Below are positions 19,278 to 28,915 of a DNA stretch of 64,000 nucleotides, one piece after another. How positions within the stretch are numbered: the stretch's first letter is position 1; each line of letters opens with the position of its first letter. Below the pieces are notes generated by a model. The model had not been told where the DNA came from, ran no database searches, and saw only the letters and a program-made list of their open reading frames with translations. This DNA is from Candidatus Bathyarchaeota archaeon. Its GTDB lineage: Archaea; Thermoproteota; Bathyarchaeia; Bathyarchaeales; Bathycorpusculaceae. The stretch covers positions 128,001 to 192,000 of the forward strand of contig CAWEPZ010000013.1 of NCBI GenBank assembly GCA_963811105.1. Direction: 5' to 3'. The position numbers and the translations under genes were made by a program.

Positions 19278-22200
19278 TTAACTATTCAGTACTGCAATAA
19301 TTGTTGCGCCTCTGGCTCTTGGACTAGGATCTCTGATGCTAACTGTAGGAGCTGAAGTATAACCGGTGCCCGGATTCGTAAGCACTATGCCAAGGATTAC
19401 GCCATTTGAGACTCTTGCAGTAGCCGTAGCGCCTGATCCGCCTCCTCCCGTAATGATTACAGCAGGAGTAGTGTAACCACTACCACCACTCACAACATTG
19501 AAACCTGTGATTGTAGAAGTTGCAAAAACTGTAATTGTTGCATTGTTGGACTGGACAGATGCGGTATTGTTGTCGGTAACTTTTAGGTAGATTGTAAAGT
19601 TTCCTGGCGTTGCTGGTGTGAATGTCAAAGTGCTTGCGTTAGCATTTGGTATTTGGCTCCCGTTAAGGTACCATTGATAAGAATAAGGTTGAGCTCCGCC
19701 TGAAATGGTCGAGTTAAACGTCTGGGGCATCCCAACAGTCATGTTACTGAAGACTGGACTAATAGAAACGTTTAGTTGAAGGTAAACTGTCACGTCTGTC
19801 ACAATATTTGATTGAGCTTTGACGTTGAGCGTGTCAGTTATGTTGAGGTAGACTTTGTAAATTCCAGCAACTGTTGGTGTGAAGGTCCAGTTCTGGCTAT
19901 TTGCTCCTGAAACAGCTGTGTCGTTCAGACACCATTGGAAAGTGTATGGTTTCGTGCCTCCTAAAACAGAGGAGCTAAACGTCTGGTTCTGTCCCACGTA
20001 CATTTTCACGTGTGTTGGAGAAATGTTAACAGTAATGCCTGTTTGAACATTTGCAGTTGCATTGTTAGACTTTACAGAGACTGCGCTGTGGTCAGTGACG
20101 TTTAGATAAATTTTATAGGTTCCAACTGTTGCTGGGGTAAACGTCCAACTTGCGGCGGTTGCCCCTGAAATGGCGGTGCTATTCAAGTACCATTGATACG
20201 AGTAAGGTGCGGTGCCACCTGTAACGTTGGAGACAAAAGTCTGTGACGCTCCAGTGGTCATGTTAACGCTGATCGGAATTATGGTAATTGTCGGCTGAGA
20301 ATTCACTGTTATGTCGGTTACTATGTTGGATTGAACTTTAGAGTTTAGGGCATCGGTTACATTAAGGTAGACTTTGTAGTGACCAGTTGTTGCTGGTGTG
20401 AAGTTCCAGGTGGTGGCGGTGGCTCCTGTCACAGCAGTGTCATTCTGATACCATTGATAAGCGTAGGGGATGAGTCCACCTGTTGTGGTAGAGGTGAATT
20501 GTTGTGTTGTTCCAAATGTCATGTTTACTGAAGTAGGGTTGATTATTACTGATGGTTGTGAATAGACGTAGATTGCTGCTGGGTTGGATTGGGTTTTGTT
20601 GTTGAGGTTGTCGGTTACGTTCAGGTAGATGTTGTAGGTTCCGGTTGAGTTTGCTTTGTATGTTAAGGTTGGATTTGTGGCGCCTGTTATCTTGGTGCCA
20701 TTGGTGTAGTACCATTGGAAAGTGTAGGGTGAGAGGCCTCCTGTTATGGTGGAGTTAAACAGTTGAGTGCCTCCCACCGTCATATTCACCGAGGCTGGGT
20801 TGATGGTTGCGACTGGCTGTGAATAGACGTTGATAATAGCCGTATTGGATTGGGATCTGTAGTTTAGGCTGTCGGTTACGTTGAGATAGATGCTGTAGGT
20901 TCCTGTGAAGTTTGCTTTGTATACCAAGGTCGGAGTTGTCGCTCCTGATATTGCATTTCCGTTCGCATAGTACCACTGATAAGTGTATGGGGCGAGGCCG
21001 CCAGTAACTGCAGAGTTGAACTGCTTCGATCCTCCTGCAGTTATGTTTGCGGATGTTGGGCTAATAGAAACCGACGGTTGACTGTAAACTATGATATTGC
21101 TAACGACATTGGAGTTTGCTTGATTGTTGAGGCTATCAGTAACTCTAACGTAAATGTTGTAATGTCCACTTTGAGTCGGAGTGAAATTCCAGTTAGCGCC
21201 TGTAGCTCCTGACACTGCAGTGCCATTCCTATACCACCGATATGTATAAGGTGGTCTGCCTCCTCCAGCAATGGAAGCAAACTCTTGCGATTGACCCACA
21301 TCAATGCTTGCTGCGGTCGGGCTAATGGAAGGGTGCAGAGGCGTCATGTAAATGCCAATCGCCCATAGCCAATCATATCCTGCACCATCAACAGCAGCTA
21401 CCCAACCGTTTCCAGACCACCAAGGATTTACAGTATGCATTGCTTGTGCATTCCAACCGCTAGTGCCAGTTGCATGTACGAGAGGGCTTCCATCAACCTC
21501 GTGCTCGGCATAAGTTGTCGTGGTTAGTGTATCAACTTGGAACGCCCTTACACCTTGTCCATACAATTCCTGGGTCAACCGAATAATGCGGTCATTATCA
21601 AATACGATTGCTCGTCCTGCACCACGAACCTTCATTGAATCTGAGTTTATTGGGCTCATAGGATGCATATGCCATGCTGAAGGGTTCTCGAGATTGTAGG
21701 AATAGTAAAGATATCCTAAGTCGCTTTCGCTGCTTGTGAACATCCACCACATATTATTGTACCTGAACACGGATGAATCCACAGGATTGTAGCTCTGTCT
21801 TGAGAGTATACTGGAAACGTACGTCCAACTGTAGGGAAAATCGGTTGCCTTGTAGAGTCTTACTTCACTTTGCGAGTAAGTTTCAGGAATTAAATAATAT
21901 GTTCCATTCCACTTAAAGATGCAAGGATAAGCTAGACTGAAGGGTTCTGAAAGCACAATTTGCTGGTAAGACCAATCAAATCCATCATTACTGGTCGCTA
22001 AACCAATTTCTGAATAGTCCGTGCTGCTCCAGTGAACTTCAAAGAACATGTACCATAAACCGTTCTCATGATAGATGAAAGGGTCTGCAACATAATCAGC
22101 TGCCCGATCAGTTACGCTTGCCCCTGTTAGAACTGGTTCAACCGTTCCCGGAACCAAGGTGAAGAAATCATGTTTAACTTTGGACCAGTCTGGTACTAGC

Positions 22201-23480
22201 AAATCGGGTTGGGACTGACTATAAACTACAAAGTCATCGACTGTATTAGATTGTGCGGTTTGTCCATCGGCATCAGAAACGCTGGCTTGTAAACTGTAGC
22301 TTCCTGGCGCGGTGGGTGTAAAGGTTAAAGTTGGGCCATTTTGACCTTGCAAGAGGGCTCCGTTCAAGTACCAAGTGTAAGAATAGGGTACGGTTCCTCC
22401 CAGAGTTGTTGCAGTAAAGACTTGGGATTGATTAAGGTACATGCGAATGATTGGCGGATTTATTGTTATGGAGGGTTGAGAAAAAAGTTCAGTATCAAAT
22501 TCCTCGTTATAGTCTAAGCCCAAAATTGGGTTATTCCATATGTTTCTTCCGCCAATAACGTACAGATTGCTACCGATTACTGCGCACCCAACACCGTCCC
22601 TCGGATAAACTCCAGAAGGAAGCTGCGTCCAAACTTCCGTGCTTGGATTATAACTATACATGTAGTCGTAAAAGCTACTATCGTGTTGCCCTTGACCATA
22701 TCCATAGTAAATTATGCCGTTAATTACCGGATTGTCGCGTAGTGTTCCGTAAGCTCCGTATGGAGATGGGTTAATAGTTATCCAGTCATCGAAGGCAGGT
22801 CTAAAGTAGGCACATGTATTAGTTGCGTCACTGATCGATAAATCGTAACCTCCGAGTAGGTAAATTCTGTCTTCGCCATTTACGTTAACATACGCGCATT
22901 CTGCCCAATCTTTATTGTATGGAGCACTGGCCAACTGGGTGTAATCGCCAGTTTCGGGATTATACGAGTAGGTTGAAGACCCGTAGAAAAGGTAAATTAG
23001 TGAACCAGAGGTTACCGCTTCTAAACCTTGGTTAAAAACATTATTTGGGAGATCCTGCTTGGTAACCCAACTATCCGACGCAAAATTGTACGCTTCTACC
23101 GCGGAGCTGGCATATCCCTGATAGTCTCCACCAAATACATACGCTTCATCGTTATACAAGGCTGCCGCGTCTCCCCAACGAGGATAACTCATAGATGTTT
23201 TCTGAGTCCAAAAGTCTGCTACAGGATCATAGGAATAGACCTCGGCTTGCCCAAGGCTCCAAGAATCATGATAACCCCCGAAAACATAGATTAAACCATC
23301 GTATGCTACGGCTGGCAGATCTGCCCTTATCTCAGGCAACGCCGCTTTTGTGATCGATCCAGTTGGAAGTGCAGATACGTCGCCTACTACTGAGGCAATA
23401 TTTACGAAAAATGACAAAGTAAGAAACATCAAAAACACTGTTAGCGGTTTCTTAACTCTGTACCTTACCATGAATCTCAT
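19278..23480 (-). CDS. Secreted Kelch-propeller + GH43/GINT1_N-like propeller + Ig/PKD repeats + shared C-terminal domain
   Basis: Signal peptide; YVFGG Kelch repeats; ADPFIYHENGLWYMFFE...YPCIF...YLIPET domain; about 8 GG..PY.YQWY.N Ig repeats; ends ...RDPSPRARGATIIAVLNS. Confidence 0.88.
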   Translation of the reverse strand: MRFMVRYRVKKPLTVFLMFLTLSFFVNIASVVGDVSALPTGSITKAALPEIRADLPAVAYDGLIYVFGGYHDSWSLGQAEVYSYDPVADFWTQKTSMSYPRWGDAAALYNDEAYVFGGDYQGYASSAVEAYNFASDSWVTKQDLPNNVFNQGLEAVTSGSLIYLFYGSSTYSYNPETGDYTQLASAPYNKDWAECAYVNVNGEDRIYLLGGYDLSISDATNTCAYFRPAFDDWITINPSPYGAYGTLRDNPVINGIIYYGYGQGQHDSSFYDYMYSYNPSTEVWTQLPSGVYPRDGVGCAVIGSNLYVIGGRNIWNNPILGLDYNEEFDTELFSQPSITINPPIIRMYLNQSQVFTATTLGGTVPYSYTWYLNGALLQGQNGPTLTFTPTAPGSYSLQASVSDADGQTAQSNTVDDFVVYSQSQPDLLVPDWSKVKHDFFTLVPGTVEPVLTGASVTDRAADYVADPFIYHENGLWYMFFEVHWSSTDYSEIGLATSNDGFDWSYQQIVLSEPFSLAYPCIFKWNGTYYLIPETYSQSEVRLYKATDFPYSWTYVSSILSRQSYNPVDSSVFRYNNMWWMFTSSESDLGYLYYSYNLENPSAWHMHPMSPINSDSMKVRGAGRAIVFDNDRIIRLTQELYGQGVRAFQVDTLTTTTYAEHEVDGSPLVHATGTSGWNAQAMHTVNPWWSGNGWVAAVDGAGYDWLWAIGIYMTPLHPSISPTAASIDVGQSQEFASIAGGGRPPYTYRWYRNGTAVSGATGANWNFTPTQSGHYNIYVRVTDSLNNQANSNVVSNIIVYSQPSVSISPTSANITAGGSKQFNSAVTGGLAPYTYQWYYANGNAISGATTPTLVYKANFTGTYSIYLNVTDSLNYRSQSNTAIINVYSQPVATINPASVNMTVGGTQLFNSTITGGLSPYTFQWYYTNGTKITGATNPTLTYKANSTGTYNIYLNVTDNLNNKTQSNPAAIYVYSQPSVIINPTSVNMTFGTTQQFTSTTTGGLIPYAYQWYQNDTAVTGATATTWNFTPATTGHYKVYLNVTDALNSKVQSNIVTDITVNSQPTITIIPISVNMTTGASQTFVSNVTGGTAPYSYQWYLNSTAISGATAASWTFTPATVGTYKIYLNVTDHSAVSVKSNNATANVQTGITVNISPTHVKMYVGQNQTFSSSVLGGTKPYTFQWCLNDTAVSGANSQNWTFTPTVAGIYKVYLNITDTLNVKAQSNIVTDVTVYLQLNVSISPVFSNMTVGMPQTFNSTISGGAQPYSYQWYLNGSQIPNANASTLTFTPATPGNFTIYLKVTDNNTASVQSNNATITVFATSTITGFNVVSGGSGYTTPAVIITGGGGSGATATARVSNGVILGIVLTNPGTGYTSAPTVSIRDPSPRARGATIIAVLNS

Positions 23481-24128
23481 CTCTCTTTACGATCAGCCCA
23501 TCAGGGGCTAACTGAATTTAAATTATGCTACGAAACGAGGAATATTCCATGGACAGAAATCAAAGGTAGCTAAAACAGAGTTGTTCGATGCGGAAAGAGT
23601 TGCCATAAAAGATACATCCTATCCACAACATGTTCGGACTTCTAAGTCGCATCGCAAATTGAGCCTTGTTTCCATTTTCGGATAGTGCTTGACACAGTTC
23701 AAGTTTCTTCGTTAAGCGTCACTGGCAGAGTTTTAAGCACATTGAACAAATGGAAGTGTAATTCACTAAAATAATTGACAGGATTCCACAATTAACTTCA
23801 GATTAACATGACTAATAGCCCCGTCCAAAGGACTAATGGTTCTCGTAAGTTGAATTATCAAGTTGCAAGTACTATGTTGAATTTTTGGTTTGTTATATCT
23901 ACAAATAAATTGGTAATATTGCGAAATAGAAACATAACTTTATATTCTGAAGAACAGTCAAATTTTCAGGAAAAACACGAAAGAGATAGCTAAGGTTTCG
24001 AGGGCTTAGACTTCCGAGCTATATGATTTCGAGAACCATATTGAAAGCCTGTTGTAAAAGCACCTCAGCGAATTAACCCATCAATCACTCATGTTAAAAT
24101 TTATTAAAAATTGGAAACGGAATGAGAA

Positions 24129-24965
24129 ATGAGCGGGAAAAATCCAGACTTATTTTCAAAACATCCTCTCGTTTCAATAGTTATTCCTTGTTTTAACTAT
24201 GCGCATTTTCTTGCAGAGTGTATTCAAAGCGCCTTGAATCAAAGCTACCCTAATCTTGAAGTAATAGTAATTGACGATGATAGCACAGATAACACAGGTG
24301 ACGTCGCCAAGCAATTTTCAAAGGTGAAGTACCTTAGAATAAAGCATCAAGGAAATGCTACGCCTGCGCACGCTCTTAATGTCGGTATTCAGGTTAGTAC
24401 TGGAGATTTTATTATCTTTTTAGGCGCAGATGACAAGCTTGACCAATTATACGTATCTAAATGCCTTGAATTGTTCAATTGCAAAACATCTGGAAATAAG
24501 AATAGAGTTGGTTTCATCTGGACAGGTTACCAATCTTTTGGAGATAAAAAAATAATAGATCTGCCTTATGTCGAAAAACTGACTAAATGGAATTATGATC
24601 ATTGTGGAGGGCAGATAGGTTCGATGTTAGTGCCAAAGCCCGTATACTTACAGGTCGGAGGCTACGATGAATCACTGCCGCAATATGAAGATTTGGACTG
24701 GGCAATTAGGGCTTGCAAGAAGGGGTATGTCGGCTTCAGTGTAAAAGAGCCTTTGCACAATTATCGTTTCCACGGATTTACAGTAAACAGCAATCCGCAC
24801 GAAAAGGCAAACCGTGAGGCTCTGTTCCGCAAGCATCCTTCTTATAGAATTCTGAGAGCAACTCATAGAAACCTGAACAAAGGTAAAAACTACGTGATAT
24901 ATTTTCCAGATTACGCGACAGCATTATACAAAAAAATAAGGCGAAGAAAAAAACGGACTAGTTAA
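24129..24965 (+). CDS. Glycosyltransferase family 2
   Basis: VSIVIPCFNY, IDDDSTD, FLGADD, GGYDE..EDLDW. Confidence 0.93.
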   Translation: MSGKNPDLFSKHPLVSIVIPCFNYAHFLAECIQSALNQSYPNLEVIVIDDDSTDNTGDVAKQFSKVKYLRIKHQGNATPAHALNVGIQVSTGDFIIFLGADDKLDQLYVSKCLELFNCKTSGNKNRVGFIWTGYQSFGDKKIIDLPYVEKLTKWNYDHCGGQIGSMLVPKPVYLQVGGYDESLPQYEDLDWAIRACKKGYVGFSVKEPLHNYRFHGFTVNSNPHEKANREALFRKHPSYRILRATHRNLNKGKNYVIYFPDYATALYKKIRRRKKRTS

Positions 24966-25165
24966 ATTTCCCTCGGGTTATTAATTCGGACAAGGGAAAG
25001 GCGCTGTCAGCGAATAACCAAATACTTAAGCTTTGTTTTTTGGGGCAAAGTATCTGCTTGATCGTATTATCATTGCTATCTTGTCTTGCAGGGGCACAAA
25101 TAGTTGAAAGTGAAAATACAGCGTTAGCCATTTTTAACTGCAGGAACTTTTCCAACCTTCGTTAA

Positions 25166-25188
25166 GGGTTCAAATCCCACCCCTGCAC
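25166..25188 (+). other. tRNA 3'-half-like fragment (possible att scar)
   Basis: GGGTTCAAATCCCACCCCTGCAC: T-arm plus acceptor-like 3' strand, with no 5' half upstream. Confidence 0.45.
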
Positions 25189-25361
25189 AAATGTGAGCAA
25201 AATGGTTAAGCTGATTTGTTTCTGAAGTTTTAATATGTTGGCGATCGCGTTTTTTTGAATATTTCAACCATTTTTATAATCCAACACAAAAAAGAAAAGG
25301 GTTTCGAAGGCCTTCAATTCTTGCCAAATAGATGCTTTAATCCAACCCAAAAAGCGTGGTA

Positions 25362-25505
25362 TTATTTCGATTCTTCTCCTGTTCCATGGCACCTTGGGCA
25401 AGTTTGCTCAAACACATTTGGCCATCTGGGCATTTTCCCTTTTCCTCTACACATAGGACAAGATTGGTGAGTATGTGTGCAAATATCATATCTCCCAGTG
25501 CTCAT
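25362..25505 (-). CDS. 47-aa DnaJ-type CxxCxGxG zinc-finger microprotein
   Basis: MSTGRYDICTHTHQSCPMCRGKGKMPRWPNVFEQTCPRCHGTGEESK*; below the ORF-track length cutoff. Confidence 0.7.
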   Translation of the reverse strand: MSTGRYDICTHTHQSCPMCRGKGKMPRWPNVFEQTCPRCHGTGEESK

Positions 25506-26024
25506 GAAATTAACCTGAAGAAAAAAATTAACTCTTTGTTAAATATTAATCTGCTTGCGATATTTCCAATATTCCATTTTAGGAAATATGGACTCGAAGT
25601 TTTTCCCTTTCCCTAAATGGACTTGCAATTAGCTTAATTATAAGTTTGTTGAAAAGTGGCGAGTGTCAACAAGCAGGTTACTCATAAAAAGTTAAACTAC
25701 TTGTTCAACAAAAAAAAGTCAAAAAAAAAAAACATCAAGAAACCAAAAGGTTTCACTATCGGCTATTTGACTTCTACTTTTGAAGTTTCTAAAACTGTAA
25801 ACTTCCATACAAAGACACCTACTCTGCTACCATTTGGGCACTTCACCCACAATAAACTCTTCAACAAATCTAACTCAGACTCCTTCGGCAACAGCGTTTC
25901 CAGCGCCGGTGCTTGCAGTTTTGGCCCGCTTGAGTAGATCAGATTGCTAAATTGTCCAACAATAAAAAAGGGAAGGTCTAGTCCAAATTCTGGGTGATCC
26001 GCGTGATGCAAAACGACAATTTGA

Positions 26025-27338
26025 TTATGGGATCACTGAAATGACAATTGTTGCCCATGCGCCTTTGGCTCTTGGACTAGGGTCCCTGAAAACAACGTTA
26101 GGTGCAGAAGTATATCCGTCACCGGGATTTGTTAACACCACGAAGAGAATAACGCCATTTGAAACCCGTGCCGTAGCAGTTGCGCCTGTCCCTTCGCCGC
26201 CCAATAGAAGGATAACAGGGGTGGTGTAGCCGCTTCCACCTGAAATTACTGTTACGCCTGTTAAAGCAAAGTGCAACGGAGGCCAGGTTCTCATCAGCGG
26301 ATAACGGTCAGAGTTGTTTGTGTCAAGAATGTAAGGGCTATCCCCTATCCCATCATGGTTCGAGTCAGTTCCATTGTAATTGTTCCAGTGGTTTCCGCCA
26401 GAAGGATAACCATCATCCCAAACATTCACATATCCGACCATTACTAAGGCCTGTACTGTGTTATCGATGAAGTTGTTATGGTAAACATGGTTGCCTGAAG
26501 AGGAATTGAGGTTGATGCCAAAATTGTTATTCATTATGTTATTTTCACTAATGTTGCTGCTGTTAAATTGTCTCAGGAAAAGGCCAACTCCATTATTATT
26601 TGCTACCGTGTTCCTAACTATGGTATTATTGGAGCCGTCCTCGATACTTACGCCACCTTTATTGTTTGTTATTTTATTTTCAGAAATTCTATTGTTTAGA
26701 CTTCTCCACTGGAGCCTGACACCCCAAACGTTATTGTTTGTTATGTTGTTCTTGGAAATGGTGCCGTTCCAAAAATCATCGAGAAAGAGACCGTAATCAT
26801 TATTTGTTATACTGTTCCCAAAGATGCTGTTCTGGTTTGTATAGTCAGAATTGACACCTAATACATTATTTACTATGTTGTTTCCAGAAATGGTGTTGTT
26901 ATAAGAATTCCACCAGAGTCTGATCCCATAAGTATTGTTTGTGATGTTGTTTTCCAATATAGTGTTATTATGAGCATCAGGATAAGGTTGGATAAGTATC
27001 CCATCGGCGAATCCTCCGATTGCCAAGTTCTTAACTGTAACATTGCTTCTCCCTGACAAGTCTACTCCGGTTCCGTTTCCTACACCCTTAAGATCATGCC
27101 CTGCACCATTTACTACGATGTTGTTGCGCTGTACCACGATTGAGCCGTTAACGTCATCTACAAATGTGTAGGAGACGTTTCCAACATTCAAAATCGGCGC
27201 AGATGAAGGATCAATCGTCCCATTCGCCCTGATGTAAATCGTTCCTGTGTACGCTTTTGCTAGCTCTAAATTTAACATAGGAGAAATGAAACAAAACAAA
27301 AGCAAAGCTGTTACAATCAGAGAAACATTTTTTTTCAT
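26025..27338 (-). CDS. Secreted NosD/right-handed beta-helix protein + shared C-terminal domain
   Basis: IYIRANGTIDP; N-rich NNITNN.YGI repeats; WDDGYPSGGNHW..DGIGDSPY..DRYPLM; ends ...[20 protein letters not shown]. Confidence 0.9.
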   Translation of the reverse strand: MKKNVSLIVTALLLFCFISPMLNLELAKAYTGTIYIRANGTIDPSSAPILNVGNVSYTFVDDVNGSIVVQRNNIVVNGAGHDLKGVGNGTGVDLSGRSNVTVKNLAIGGFADGILIQPYPDAHNNTILENNITNNTYGIRLWWNSYNNTISGNNIVNNVLGVNSDYTNQNSIFGNSITNNDYGLFLDDFWNGTISKNNITNNNVWGVRLQWRSLNNRISENKITNNKGGVSIEDGSNNTIVRNTVANNNGVGLFLRQFNSSNISENNIMNNNFGINLNSSSGNHVYHNNFIDNTVQALVMVGYVNVWDDGYPSGGNHWNNYNGTDSNHDGIGDSPYILDTNNSDRYPLMRTWPPLHFALTGVTVISGGSGYTTPVILLLGGEGTGATATARVSNGVILFVVLTNPGDGYTSAPNVVFRDPSPRAKGAWATIVISVIP

Positions 27339-27584
27339 TCCTTATTTCCCTTTTCCCTGCAAAATACATTATACGCTAATTTGCTTATAAAATTTGGCAA
27401 GAAACATGTCTTCAGAGAGTTCACTTGATGATGCACTTTCATGATTATACTCTTGTTTGACAATAAAGGGAGATGATAACCGGCAGGAGCATTCGATGAT
27501 TCGTTTCTTAGGAAGGTTTTGGTTTAGGAGTTGTCAACGCCTGACGTTGCTCGACAAATTTCCTCTTGGAAGAACTTTATTATC

Positions 27585-28571
27585 TCAACCTTCGCTAAAA
27601 TTAGGGCGATTTTCGATTTCTGCTTCTTCACTTTTTCTTTTCCCAAATAGTTTTTGCCATTGCAGAGTAAGAACGAAAACGAGAATAACTACAATCATAA
27701 TACCTAAGAATGCAATAACGTAGGTGAAAAGCATGTTGCTTCTCGCCTGAAGGTATATCACAGTGCTCTGCAAAAAGAAGCGTCCATCATAGGTAGCACT
27801 CGAGTTAGAACCAATAGTAAATTTCAGGCTTATCGCAGCGGCTTCTCGTGAAACTGCGTTATCCGGAACTAGGGCAGAGATCTCCATACCATCTGGGGAC
27901 ATCATAACTGCACTAATATCACGTCACGGCCCGACCCAACTGTCAAACTGATTGTTTTTTATTAGAATTTGGGCACCGTTTAAGTGATTTGGGTCTCCCC
28001 TGAAATCTTGGTCGGATCTTACTACGGCAATGAGTCTTGTCCCTGCCAGATTATAGCTGCCATCGATATTTTGTTCAGTTTCATTTAAGAACACATTTTT
28101 CAAATCTAAGAATAGTTCGGCGTAATCATCAGCATGATTTAAACTTGCATTTAGTATCCAGGTTCCATTGCTATACTCCAAATTCGCGGCTCCTGATCCT
28201 TGTTGTTTCCAACCAGCAGTGGGGGGAATATTTTCTGAAATTGACTTTTTGCCTTCCGAAAAAAACGTTCCTATGAGGAGAGCGGAACCTAAGAGTGAAC
28301 CAACAAGTATGGCTAGGATAAATGCTTTTGCGATTCCCCCCTTTATCGTTGGCAGTCGCTGGAACAGTGAGGGCTTGAACCATGCTACAAAACCAATGAT
28401 ACCCAGAATAACACCGCCTACGATAAGCACTAACTGGACATTGAATTCAATCTCATGTAATATGTTTGGAAGGGTACACGACCAATAATTCCAACGAAAC
28501 AGAAAAAAATTCCACTGGAAAATGAAATTGCCGGAACAGTTCGTCCATTTGGAATAGCTTGAACACCCATT
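27585..28571 (-). pseudogene. Membrane protein with an extracellular CBM-like domain, interrupted
   Basis: ORFs 27924-28430 and 27585-27905 are in the same frame, separated by one TGA (WVGP*RDIS); further frameshift near the 5' ATG (about 28571) with GGAGAGG RBS. Confidence 0.6.
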
Positions 28572-28915
28572 CCTTTGCTTCCTCTCCTATATAGTATATT
28601 ATACGATTAAAGTTATAAATTAGCTGGATTTTAGACTTGTTGGGTTCATCTTTAAAAAAATGTTTTTGTCGAAACTTGCGATTTCAAAGCTTGAGATGTT
28701 TTTGCAATATTTGAATCTATTTTTCTGAGTAACTCAACGTTAAGCCAGTATACCATTCTATCTAGCGCCTATACTTTAATTTTAGGAAAAACAATATGGC
28801 TCCCAGAGTGAGCAAAAATTCGACTTTGTTAAGATTCAACTATGAAACACTTGGTTGCTTTCGATTTAGAAAGAGAGAAAGATTAAAATTTAGTTTTCTT
28901 CCTTCCTTATTCGCT

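Noticed and set aside
19278-19511. Prophage or tail-gene cluster suggested by the phage-like GGSGYT repeat
   Set aside because: There are no capsid, terminase, portal or sheath genes in the window, and the carrier proteins have cellular signal peptides.
23990-24052. Possible structured RNA upstream of the GT2 gene
   Set aside because: Only short imperfect inverted repeats in AT-rich DNA, with no recognisable family.
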